DNA from: an uncultured Desulfobacterales bacterium
GTDB lineage: Bacteria > Desulfobacterota > Desulfobaccia > Desulfobaccales > Desulfobaccaceae
Assembly: GCA_964428565.1 (NCBI GenBank)
Contig: CAYRYV010000013.1
Span: 1-64,000, forward strand
Direction: 5' to 3'
DNA length: 64,000 nt
A model generated the notes under the pieces. The model was not told the origin of the DNA. It did no database searches and saw only the letters and a list, made by a program, of their open reading frames with translations. Of this stretch, positions 26,410-35,088 are shown piece by piece. Position 1 is the stretch's first letter; every line of letters starts with the position of its first letter. The position numbers and the translations under genes were made by a program.

Positions 26410-27000
26410 GCCCAGGGGGGGCAGAGGCACACCACCCCGGCAAAAGAGGTACGCGAGGTGTACCGGGGTACCGGGAAAAAATCGCGGGCCCCCCGGTACA
26501 CCGGGGGCGGACGTAGTCACCTTTCTGGCATCATCCTGAATTCCTTCATTATTCATCGCACAAGCCTCATGTCAACGAGCCGGCGGCGTCACGCCGGGGG
26601 CCGGTACCGGCCGGAACAGGTACCGGTTTGTACCGGGGGTGTACCGGGTAAGTCGGTTGTGAGCGCCGGTGGACCGCGGTACCGGTACGGGCCGTCAGCC
26701 GCAAGCGGTGAGTCGGGGACGGGGCGGCCGCTACGCCGGGCGGCGGCGTCCATGGGAGAAAGTGTAACGGAAACGGGCGGGGGTTTCCAGAACAGATGAG
26801 ACACATAGGACACATGTCACAAAATCGTAACGGGGGGAGCATTTTTGGGGGCGCGGGGCGGCGGCGGGGAGGCACCAAAGAAAAAGAAATCCCCCCGGCC
26901 CCCCTTTGTCAAAGGGGGGGCGAAAGGAAAAGAATGGTGGCCAAGCACAGCTTGGCAAAATAATAACGTGCCCAAGTACAACTTGGGCACGAGAAAAAAA
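26410..27000. repeat. Composite non-coding repeat, copy 1 (block B ~26410-26660, block A ~26800-27000); inverted relative to copy 2 at 60521-61170
   Basis: Manual reverse-complement alignment: block A ~95% identical over ~210 bp, including twin hairpins CGTGCCCAAGT-TGT-ACTTGGGCACG and GCCAAGC-TGT-GCTTGGC; block B ~85% over ~230 bp, with GTACCGG/GGTGTACC iterons. Confidence 0.75.
26937..26995 (-). terminator. Intrinsic terminator of the IHF/HU gene: hairpin CGUGCCCAAGUUGUACUUGGGCACG + UUAUUAUUUU, followed by a second hairpin
   Basis: 11-bp perfect stem, 3-nt loop, U-tract on the minus strand directly downstream of the 27092 stop. Confidence 0.6.
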
Positions 27001-27091
27001 GGGCGTTGCCCGCGGGGGCTGGGGAGCGGGACGGGGGGAAAGACAGCGGGCGGAGTTTTTCAGGTGACTACAGATCGACGGAGCAGGGCGG

Positions 27092-27379
27092 TTAATCGTG
27101 GCCGTTAATTCTTTGGCGCAAGATCCCGGAGATCTTAAAGATCACCACTTTGCGGGCCCGTAAGATGAGGTCGGAGCGGGTCTGGGGATTGCGCCCCCGC
27201 CGGGCCTTTTTTTGGCGGACGGAGAATTTGCCGAAGCCGCTGATCAGGATGTCTTCTTCCGCCGCCAATGTCCCCTTCATGATCTCCAGGACTCTTTCCA
27301 CCGCGGCGCGGGCCTCGGGTTTGCTCAACCCCGAGACTTCGTTGATGTTCTGGATGACCTTTTCTTTGGTGAGCGCCAT
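27092..27379 (-). CDS. IHF/HU family nucleoid-associated DNA-binding protein
   Basis: GFGKFSVRQKKARRGRNPQT...beta-arm motif; start MALTKEK with SD AGGAAAGGA. Confidence 0.85.
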   Translation of the reverse strand: MALTKEKVIQNINEVSGLSKPEARAAVERVLEIMKGTLAAEEDILISGFGKFSVRQKKARRGRNPQTRSDLILRARKVVIFKISGILRQRINGHD

Positions 27380-27520
27380 GGCGATTGATCCTTTCCTTAT
27401 CGGCAGACGGACGGTCTGAAGGCCAGCTAACAACACTGTAACGCATTATTAATAAATAGAAAAATCCTGTCAAGCATTTTTTTGTGTTGTCGTGAAGCCC
27501 ACCCCCGGAAATTCCCGGGA

Positions 27521-28273
27521 TTATTCCAGTCCGGTTAGCAGGGCCAGGCAATTGGCTCCCAGATCGGGGAGGTAGTAGCCGCCTTCCAGGAGGGCGAACC
27601 GGCGTCCCTGGCAGACCTCGGCGGCGGCCTCCTTGACCCAGGCCCCGATCTGACGGTAGTCCCCGGTTTGCAAGATACCGCCCCAGTCTTTGACGTAGGT
27701 GTCGAAACCCGCCGAGATGCCGATGAGATCGTAATGCCGATGGGCCGCCAGGACGTCCTGCACCTGTTGAAGAAAACTTTCCCGGTCGGGGGTCTCGATA
27801 TTGGCGACGACCACCTCGGGGCGCTTCGCAAAGAAATTAACCGTACCGTCGCCATAATGCAGATCGATATCCAGGACCAGCGCCCGGGAGATCTGCTTTT
27901 CCCGGAGGAGCTTTTCCAGGGCGATGGCCATGTTGTTGAAGAAGCAGAAGCCCCAGTGGCTGCCGGGACTGGCGTGGTGCCCGGGAGGCCGGATCAGGGC
28001 AAAGGCGGGTTCGCCGGCCAGTCCCAGGCGGGCCGCCATGAGGGCCCCGCCGGCCGCCAGGGCCGCCACTTCATAGAGGCGGGACTGCCGTTTCACTTCC
28101 GCCACCAGCCGGGGGGAGTGCACCAACAGCAGGTCCTCCTCGTCGGCGGGCAGCGGCGGCACCAGGGGATAGCGGCCTTTCAGGGCGTCGATGATGGCGA
28201 GCACCCGGCCGGGATTTTCCACCCCGGCGGTGGGGTAGTCGGTAAGATAGAGATCGTCGTAAATCACTTTCAT
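27521..28273 (-). CDS. Histone deacetylase/acetoin-utilisation (AcuC/HDAC) family amidohydrolase
   Basis: PPGHHA...GFCFFNN...DIDLHYGDGT catalytic motifs. Confidence 0.85.
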   Translation of the reverse strand: MKVIYDDLYLTDYPTAGVENPGRVLAIIDALKGRYPLVPPLPADEEDLLLVHSPRLVAEVKRQSRLYEVAALAAGGALMAARLGLAGEPAFALIRPPGHHASPGSHWGFCFFNNMAIALEKLLREKQISRALVLDIDLHYGDGTVNFFAKRPEVVVANIETPDRESFLQQVQDVLAAHRHYDLIGISAGFDTYVKDWGGILQTGDYRQIGAWVKEAAAEVCQGRRFALLEGGYYLPDLGANCLALLTGLE

Positions 28274-29148
28274 GCCTTACTCCGTATCGCCGGAGTTGCC
28301 GCCATGGTCCTGATCTTGAATTCCAGGGCTCCGAACCGGCAGGCCTCGACGCACTTGAGACAGCGGATACAGCCGGCATCATTGGCTTCCAGGTAGGGGC
28401 TGAGACCGGTGGGGCACTGGCGGACGCACGACAGACAGTGGACGCATTTTTCGCTGTCGTAGGCGAGCTGCAGGACGCTGACTTTGTTGAACAGGCTGTA
28501 AAACGCTCCCAGGGGGCAGAGGACCCGGCAAAAAATCCGGCTGATGAGGATGCTGCCCACGAGAATGACCACCAGCCAGAACACCTTGTGCCAGAAATAG
28601 AAACCGATGGTGGTCCACAGGGAGGGTTTCACCAGCAACAGGGGAACAGCGCCGGTAAGGGTCCCGGACGGGCAGAGCAACTTGCAGAACCAGGGGGAGC
28701 CCAAGCCCAGCTGGTCCACGAGCAGGAGGGGCAGCAGGATCGCCAGCAGCGCCAGGATGACATACTTGCCGTAGGACAGGAACCGGGGCAAGGAAAATTT
28801 CGGGCTGGGGATTTTGTGCAGCAGGTCCTGGATCAGCCCGAAGGGACAGAGCCAGCCGCAGGGAAAACGACCCACCAGGGTGCCGATGAAACCCAGGTAG
28901 CCGAAGACAATCAGCCCCGGTTGCAGGAAACCGGTTTGCGCCGACATGCGCACCGAGCCCATGAAGTGCTGGAGGGCGCCCACCGGGCAGGCCAGGACCG
29001 CGGTGGGGCAGGAGTAGCAATGCAGCCCCGGGTTACAGATGCTTTTCAGGGGGCCTTGATAGATAACCGGTCCGAAGGGAAAGAGCAGATAGGCGTTGGT
29101 CCCCAGGGTCACCAGGGTCTGAATCAGCCGCCGGAAGCGATTCATCAC
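28270..29148 (-). CDS. Polytopic membrane 4Fe-4S ferredoxin-type protein (NapH/MauN-like)
   Basis: FCRVLCPLG motif, CxxCxxC clusters (CVHCLSCVRQCP, CIRCLKCVEAC), multiple TM helices. Confidence 0.75.
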   Translation of the reverse strand: MMNRFRRLIQTLVTLGTNAYLLFPFGPVIYQGPLKSICNPGLHCYSCPTAVLACPVGALQHFMGSVRMSAQTGFLQPGLIVFGYLGFIGTLVGRFPCGWLCPFGLIQDLLHKIPSPKFSLPRFLSYGKYVILALLAILLPLLLVDQLGLGSPWFCKLLCPSGTLTGAVPLLLVKPSLWTTIGFYFWHKVFWLVVILVGSILISRIFCRVLCPLGAFYSLFNKVSVLQLAYDSEKCVHCLSCVRQCPTGLSPYLEANDAGCIRCLKCVEACRFGALEFKIRTMAATPAIRSKA

Positions 29149-29276
29149 CCCACCCCGATACAGGACAGGCAGATGGCGGTGGCATTGCTCAGCAGCGACG
29201 AAATCTCCCCGATATTGACTCCCCAGATGAACAGCAGGGTAAAGAGAATCAACAGGTAGAGCGTAGACCTGGGCAT
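29145..29276 (-). CDS. Small hydrophobic membrane protein (43 aa), translationally coupled (ATGA) to the FeS membrane protein
   Basis: MPRSTLYLLILFTLLFIWGV...; SD GGGAGGGG 5 nt before ATG. Confidence 0.35.
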   Translation of the reverse strand: MPRSTLYLLILFTLLFIWGVNIGEISSLLSNATAICLSCIGVG

Positions 29277-29501
29277 TATCCCCTCCCTGGCAATGTTTAG
29301 CTGTTTGTCATTATAAGCCCTCTGGCCGAACAGGCAATGCAAAACTGCGAAGTAGCTCTTTTTGTTTCATGTCTTGCAATTCTCCCGGGGGTTTGTATGT
29401 TAAAATAGCATTAATATGATATCCGAGACATACCCGGGCGGCCGGGGCGTGCCGGTGGGGGACGCCCACGGCGGCCTGTCGGGGGTATGGAGAGCCGGGA
29501 A

Positions 29502-30035
29502 ATGGGAAGCAAAAGAGGCCGCGTGGCCGTCATAGTCGCCGACATGATCAGGGATTTCATCGAGCCGGAGGGCTCATTGTATGTGGGGGAGCCGGGCCGG
29601 CGGATTCTGCCCTACGTGGCCGCGACGGTGGCGGACATGCGCCGCCAGGGGGCGGCCGTCATTTTTCTGTGCGACGCGCATGCGGAAGACGACCGGGAAT
29701 TCAGCCGTTTTCCGCCGCACGCGGTGCGGGGCACCCGGGGGACAGAGCTGGCGCCCCCGCTGACCCGGCAGCCCGGTGATCACCGGGTGGATAAAACCCG
29801 GTACAGCGGCTTCACCGGCACCGTCCTGGACGAGGTGCTGCAGCGGGAGGGCGTGACCGAAGTCCATTTGCTGGGCGTCTGCACTTCCATCTGTATCATG
29901 GAGACGGCCCGTGACCTGGATGACCGGGGTTACGCGGTGGTGGTCCACCGCCACGGGGTGGCCGATTTCGACCCCGAGGCCCACGAGTGGGCTGTGGCCC
30001 GCATGCAGCGGCTCTTCGGAGTCCGGATCATCTGA
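29502..30035 (+). CDS. Isochorismatase-family cysteine hydrolase (nicotinamidase-like)
   Basis: VAVIVADMIRDF...D/K/C triad context (LLGVCTSICIMETARD); SD GGAGAG. Confidence 0.8.
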   Translation: MGSKRGRVAVIVADMIRDFIEPEGSLYVGEPGRRILPYVAATVADMRRQGAAVIFLCDAHAEDDREFSRFPPHAVRGTRGTELAPPLTRQPGDHRVDKTRYSGFTGTVLDEVLQREGVTEVHLLGVCTSICIMETARDLDDRGYAVVVHRHGVADFDPEAHEWAVARMQRLFGVRII

Positions 30036-30193
30036 GCGCCGGCGGACCGCCCTCCGGCTCCCGGCCGGCGGGGCCCGACGCGGCGGACAGCTTGTCCGCA
30101 CAAGCCCGGAACCCGGCCTCGATATCGGGGGCAGGGTGTCAGGCGCCCAACAGCGGCACAGTCGGATGTATGCAGCAACCGGGGAAAGGCGCC

Positions 30194-30397
30194 TCAACCC
30201 AAATCGAGGACATGGATGCAATGCACCGGGCACTGAGCGACGGCGTCCTGGATGATGTCGGCGGCACCCTCTGCGGGGCGGATGACCCGGGCGTATCCCA
30301 CTGACTTGTCCACCCGGAAGACCTCCGGGCACACGCCCTGACATCCGCCGCAGGTGATGCACTCCTGCCTCACCACCACGACATACCGTTTGCCCAT
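30194..30397 (-). CDS. Small [4Fe-4S]/[3Fe-4S] ferredoxin
   Basis: CITCGGCQGVCP...CP, 67 aa. Confidence 0.8.
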   Translation of the reverse strand: MGKRYVVVVRQECITCGGCQGVCPEVFRVDKSVGYARVIRPAEGAADIIQDAVAQCPVHCIHVLDLG

Positions 30398-30404
30398 CTG
30401 CCCG

Positions 30405-30914
30405 TTACCCTTGCTCTGGCCGGTCCCGCAGGGCCAGCCGGTCTTCGAGTTCCCGGAGGCGTCGCTTCATGTTCCGGTCCTGTTCCCACCGGGCCGTAAC
30501 TTCTCGCAAGATCGCGGCGACCCCCATGAGCCCATCGTCCCCCGCCGCCGGCACCGGGATAACCGTGAATTCCACGGAGAGCCGGCGGCCGTCCCGGTGC
30601 ATCGCCGGCACCGTTAGCAGCTCCCGGCCGTAGCGGGTGACCCCGCCGGCCATCACCCGGCGGTAACCATCCCAATGGCGCTGACGCAGATTTTCCGGAA
30701 TAATGATATCCAGACTCCGGCCCACGGCCTCGGCCTCCCGGAATCCGAAGACCGCCTCGGCCCCGGCGTTCCAGAGCCGGATGATCCCCTCCCGGTCGGC
30801 AAAGATTATGGCGTCCGGGGCGCCCGCCACGATGCGGCGACAGAGATATCCCCGGTCCTCAGTGGGCACGTCCGCCCTCCCGGCCTGCAGGCCCGGCCCT
30901 GGCCCGTCGGCCAT
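30405..30914 (-). CDS. Single PAS-domain protein
   Basis: IIFADREGIIRLWNAGAEAVFGF...GRRLSVEFTV PAS-fold pattern; N-terminal extent uncertain. Confidence 0.65.
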   Translation of the reverse strand: MADGPGPGLQAGRADVPTEDRGYLCRRIVAGAPDAIIFADREGIIRLWNAGAEAVFGFREAEAVGRSLDIIIPENLRQRHWDGYRRVMAGGVTRYGRELLTVPAMHRDGRRLSVEFTVIPVPAAGDDGLMGVAAILREVTARWEQDRNMKRRLRELEDRLALRDRPEQG

Positions 30915-30947
30915 CGTTTGTTCCCGTAAGTGACGGCTCGGTCCGGC

Positions 30948-31151
30948 TCAGTTTTCTTCCTGCCAGTGAATGCACTGCGCCGGGCACTGGTCAATGGCAT
31001 CCTGGATCAAGTCCTCCGGGGCGCCGTCGGGATCGATCACCGTGGAATGTCCCAGCGCCTCGTTGAGCTTGAAGACCTGGGGGCAGACGGCTTCGCAGTT
31101 GCCGCAGGCGATGCATTCTTCCTTGACGATGTAGGGGAAACGTTTCGGCAT
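30948..31151 (-). CDS. Small ferredoxin, paralogue of 30194-30397
   Basis: CIACGNCEAVCP...CP, 67 aa, ~50% identity to the other ferredoxin. Confidence 0.8.
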   Translation of the reverse strand: MPKRFPYIVKEECIACGNCEAVCPQVFKLNEALGHSTVIDPDGAPEDLIQDAIDQCPAQCIHWQEEN

Positions 31152-31243
31152 CTTCGTTTTCCTGTGATGGTCGTCTTCGTATGCGGGTTGGCTGAAAAGT
31201 AAGGATGCGGCCCCCGGATGTCAATGGGAAAGTCGGCCTGGCC

Positions 31244-32170
31244 TCAAGGAGACTCGCATTGCAGGCCGATAACTTCGTACAAGGTGTATTCCCCGGTCTT
31301 GCCGGGGAACCGCAGGCTGGCGCAGCGGCCCACCTTGACGCTCTCCTGCACCTGGGCGTAGATGTCGGCGGAAACGAGAAAATGCGTCCCGAGCTGTTTG
31401 TTGGCGGCCTCGATGCGGCTGGCGACATTGACGGCGTCGCCGATGATCGTGGTCTTCTTGCGCCCTGCCGCGCCCACCGTGCCCGCCACGACATCCCCGA
31501 AATGCAGGCCGATGCGGATGGCAAAATCCTTGTGAAAGAGTTCCTGGAGATAGGGCCGGAGTTTCTCGATCTCCTCCAGCATCTCCAGACCCGCCTGCAC
31601 GGCCCGTAGCGCCCCCCGGCGCGGACTCTCGCCCTCGAACCGGGCCATGAACCCGTCTCCCAGATACGTGTCGATATGGCCGCCATGGCGGCTGATCACT
31701 TCCCCCATGCTATGAAAGAAGTGGTTCAGGACGTGAATGACATCGTAGGGCAACAGATTCTCGGAAAAGGCGGTAAAGCCGATGATGTCGGCGAACATGA
31801 TGTGGATTTCCTTCTCCACGCCGGTGGTGCCGGTCTCCGGCCCCACCACGTAGAGGCTGGCAACCTCGCTTTTTTCCCCGTTTTCCTGAACCAGACGGCG
31901 CACGCTGACATCTCCGTGCACGCGCGCCTGGCATCCCAGGCGCACACCCGGCGCGAAGCGGAGGCGTCGAGCCACGGCCTGCTCCTCCTTTCCGGGAGGG
32001 GAGAGATGCTCCCGGCCCTGGACGATCTCCACGCGACAGGTGGAGCAGCGCGCCCGCCCGCCACAGATATGAGCTATAACCTGGCCCGTCCGCAGGGCTG
32101 CATCCACGATGGTTTCCCCGGAGACGGCCTCCACTTCTCCGCCCTCCGGGACAAAGACGATTTTGGGCAT
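31244..32170 (-). CDS. Plant-type [2Fe-2S] ferredoxin domain fused to a class III adenylate/guanylate cyclase catalytic domain
   Basis: N-terminus PKIVFVPEGGEV...CGGRARCSTCRV...C ([2Fe-2S] Fdx fold); C-terminus FADIIGFT...YLGDGFMA...GLHFGDVVAG (CYC domain). Confidence 0.8.
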   Translation of the reverse strand: MPKIVFVPEGGEVEAVSGETIVDAALRTGQVIAHICGGRARCSTCRVEIVQGREHLSPPGKEEQAVARRLRFAPGVRLGCQARVHGDVSVRRLVQENGEKSEVASLYVVGPETGTTGVEKEIHIMFADIIGFTAFSENLLPYDVIHVLNHFFHSMGEVISRHGGHIDTYLGDGFMARFEGESPRRGALRAVQAGLEMLEEIEKLRPYLQELFHKDFAIRIGLHFGDVVAGTVGAAGRKKTTIIGDAVNVASRIEAANKQLGTHFLVSADIYAQVQESVKVGRCASLRFPGKTGEYTLYEVIGLQCESP

Positions 32171-32296
32171 GGTCTGCTGGACTCCCGCTCCCGGTGAGCA
32201 AATATTGCTGCCCTCACCGGAGGTTCATGATAAGATGTTTGGTGTAAGCATTGATAATATAATTCTTTACAGACCGGGGGGCTACAGGAAAACTGC

Positions 32297-33457
32297 ATGT
32301 TTTCATCTACCACCCCAATGCGCTGCAGCCGCCGTCAATTTATCCGGGCCGGCCTGGCCTCGTTGGCCGCGTTGTCCCTGCCCGCCTGGCCGACTCTCTC
32401 CTGGGGTCAGGGAGTGCGCTTCGGCCTGGTCAACCCCCGGCCGGCCGCCTTTTTTACCCCGCTTCCCGGCGGTCTGGTGCGCTGCGACCTCTGCCCCCAC
32501 CAGTGCGAGACGGTGGACGGCGAACGGGGCGACTGCGGCGTGCGGGAGAACCGCCAGGGCAAATATGTCACCCTGGCCTACGGCAACCCTTGCGCCGTGC
32601 ACATCGACCCCATCGAAAAAAAACCCTTGTTCCATGTCCTGCCCGGGAGCGACTCCTACTCCATCGCCACGGCGGGCTGCAATCTGCATTGCAAATTCTG
32701 CCAGAATTGGGAGATCTCCCAGGTGCGGCCCGAAGAAACCTACAATTTCGACCTGTCTCCGGCGGCCATCGTCCAGGCCGCCCGGGACACCAACTGCCCC
32801 ACCATCGCCCACACCTACGTGGAACCCATTATCTTCTATGAATACATGGAGGAGATCGGACGTCTGTCGAAGCCCGCGGGCATTATCAACGTCTGCCATT
32901 CCGCCGGTTACATAAATGAAAAACCGCTCCACGCCCTCTGTGAGGTGCTGCAGGCGGCCTGCGTGGACCTGAAGGCCTTCACCGAGGACTTTTATCGGCA
33001 GATGGTGGGGGCGTCCCTGGCGCCGGTGCTGGCCGCCCTCAAAACCCTGCGGCGCCGGGGGGTATACCTGGAGATCGTCAACCTGGTTATTCCGCAATAC
33101 AACGATAACCCCAGGGATCTGGAAAAGATGTGCGCCTGGATCAAAGACGAATTGGGGGAGTTGACGCCTTTGCATTTCTCCCGCTTCTATCCCCTTTACA
33201 AAATGAAGAATCACTATCCCACTCCGGTGGCGACCCTGGAACAGGCCCGGCAAATCGCTCTGCAGGCCGGTTTGAAATACGTCTATATCGGCAATGTCCG
33301 GGAGAACCCGGCGGAAAATACCCTATGTCACCATTGCGGGCAGCTCATAATCGCGCGCCTGGGGTATCGGGTAATGGAAATCAAGATGAAAGAGGGGACC
33401 TGTGGCTTCTGCGGGACCGAGATTCCCGGGATCTGGCGGCAACCGTCAGCCGTTTAG
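32297..33457 (+). CDS. AmmeMemoRadiSam-system-type radical SAM enzyme, predicted with an N-terminal twin-arginine (Tat) signal
   Basis: VRCDLCPHQCETVDGERGDCGVR + CNLHCKFCQNW (CxxxCxxC) radical SAM core; N-terminus MRCSRRQFIRAGLASLAALSLPAWP resembles a Tat signal. Confidence 0.7.
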   Translation: MFSSTTPMRCSRRQFIRAGLASLAALSLPAWPTLSWGQGVRFGLVNPRPAAFFTPLPGGLVRCDLCPHQCETVDGERGDCGVRENRQGKYVTLAYGNPCAVHIDPIEKKPLFHVLPGSDSYSIATAGCNLHCKFCQNWEISQVRPEETYNFDLSPAAIVQAARDTNCPTIAHTYVEPIIFYEYMEEIGRLSKPAGIINVCHSAGYINEKPLHALCEVLQAACVDLKAFTEDFYRQMVGASLAPVLAALKTLRRRGVYLEIVNLVIPQYNDNPRDLEKMCAWIKDELGELTPLHFSRFYPLYKMKNHYPTPVATLEQARQIALQAGLKYVYIGNVRENPAENTLCHHCGQLIIARLGYRVMEIKMKEGTCGFCGTEIPGIWRQPSAV

Positions 33458-33805
33458 GGCTCAGGTCCAGATCGGGCCGTTCTCCTTTTTTCATGTCTGC
33501 AGTGGCAACGAATCCCGCTTTTCAAGGGGTTGGCCGGTTCTCCCCATCAGACCCGACAGCTGGCGGGAGGTTGGCAAAGCCCTGGCGGCGCCGGGCGGGA
33601 AAGAACCCCAGCTCTTTCTTGGCCACCGGCAAAGCAGCCGCGCGGTCCCGGGGAAGATTTTACGCAGGTCCAGTATTAAAGGGGAACAGACATTGTGCCG
33701 ATGACAACGCGAAGTTAAACTCTCAATATGCATTTACTGGCTGGCCATTGCGCCGCCGCTAGTCTGAATCGAATGAGGTCTGTATCGGCCCGGAAGGAAA
33801 TCCCC

Positions 33806-34957
33806 ATGCATGCGCTCACCCCTTCTCCCCAGGACAGTTACTTTGCGCCGCCGGAGCGCGCCGACGCCGAACTATTACGCCTGGAAGTCGAAGTCACCAG
33901 TAAAAATCCCATCATCGACGGCCTCTTGAAAACTGTCGGCGGCCTGCTGGCGGTGCTCAATGAACAGCGGCAAATTCTGGCCCTTAACGACACGCTGCTG
34001 TCCAGTTTGGGCCTGGAAGACGTGCATCAGGCTTTGGGTCTGCGTCCCGGTGAAGCCATTAACTGCATCCACGCCCGTGAGCTTCCCGGCGGTTGCGGCA
34101 CCACCAAGTTTTGCGCCAGTTGCGGGGCCGCCATCGCCATCGTGTCCTGTATGGAGAGTGACCACCCGGAGGAGCGGTTCTGTGTGGCCACCGCGAAAAG
34201 ACAGGACAAGGAAGTGGATATTTGTTTCAGCGTGCGCGCCTGTCCCGCCAGACTGGAGGGGCATCGCTTTATCCTGTTATTTCTCCAGGACTGCACCCAG
34301 GCCCAACAGCAGGCGGCCTTTATGCGCGTCTTTTTTCATGATATCACCAATATCATTCATGGCGTGCAGAACGTCGGCGATTTACTGGCGCTGCCGGACG
34401 CCGCCCCCAGCCCTGAAATCACCAACCTCCTCCAGTATTACCTCACCCGGCTGACCACCGAAGTGAAAATTCACCAGATCCTGTTTAAAGACGGCGAGAT
34501 GGACTATAAGCCCCGCTGGCAGACGGTCTCGGTCAGATCGGTGCTGCAGGAAATCCAGCGGTATTTTTCCCTGCATCCCTTGACGCAGGGCAAACGCCTC
34601 GTCATCGCCGACGACTTGCCGGCCGACTCCTTCCAGACGGACATCACCCTGCTGTTGCGCATTCTCGGCAACATGCTAACCAATGCCCTGGAGGCCGCCG
34701 AGCCCGGCGATGAAGTCAAATTATGGGTCGAGCCGCAGCCGCAAGCCCTCTCTTTTTGCGTCTGGAACCGCCAGCCGATCCCCGAAAAGGTGGCCCTGCG
34801 GATATTTCAACGCAACTTCAGCACGAAATATGAATCCGGGCGGGGCTGGGGCACCTTCGCCATGAAGCTGTTCGGCGAGCGGATTCTGGGCGGCCGGGTA
34901 AGCTTCACCACCTCCGAGGCCGCCGGCACCGTATTTCGCTTCTCCCATCCGCAATGA
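33806..34957 (+). CDS. Sensor histidine kinase with an N-terminal Cys-rich sensor domain
   Basis: FFHDITNIIHG (H-box), LGNMLTNALEA, GxGWG ATP-lid; sensor has CGTTKFCASCGAAIAIVSC. Confidence 0.7.
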   Translation: MHALTPSPQDSYFAPPERADAELLRLEVEVTSKNPIIDGLLKTVGGLLAVLNEQRQILALNDTLLSSLGLEDVHQALGLRPGEAINCIHARELPGGCGTTKFCASCGAAIAIVSCMESDHPEERFCVATAKRQDKEVDICFSVRACPARLEGHRFILLFLQDCTQAQQQAAFMRVFFHDITNIIHGVQNVGDLLALPDAAPSPEITNLLQYYLTRLTTEVKIHQILFKDGEMDYKPRWQTVSVRSVLQEIQRYFSLHPLTQGKRLVIADDLPADSFQTDITLLLRILGNMLTNALEAAEPGDEVKLWVEPQPQALSFCVWNRQPIPEKVALRIFQRNFSTKYESGRGWGTFAMKLFGERILGGRVSFTTSEAAGTVFRFSHPQ

Positions 34958-35088
34958 GGGCCCGGTTCAGTCAGTCGTCCCGATGGTGACCGGCTACTGG
35001 CAAAACCAAAAAAATTTACACGGAAAACCGATCAGTTCACCGCTACGCTCAGATCCATGAGACCTTCATAATCCTGTAAGGAGTTCCG

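Noticed and set aside
26845-27108. ORF MGARGGGGEAPKKKKSPRPPF... and the 60219-61037 272-aa Pro/Arg-rich ORF inside the repeat copies
   Set aside because: They lie within the conserved non-coding repeat, have low-complexity translations and are not conserved as protein between the two copies.
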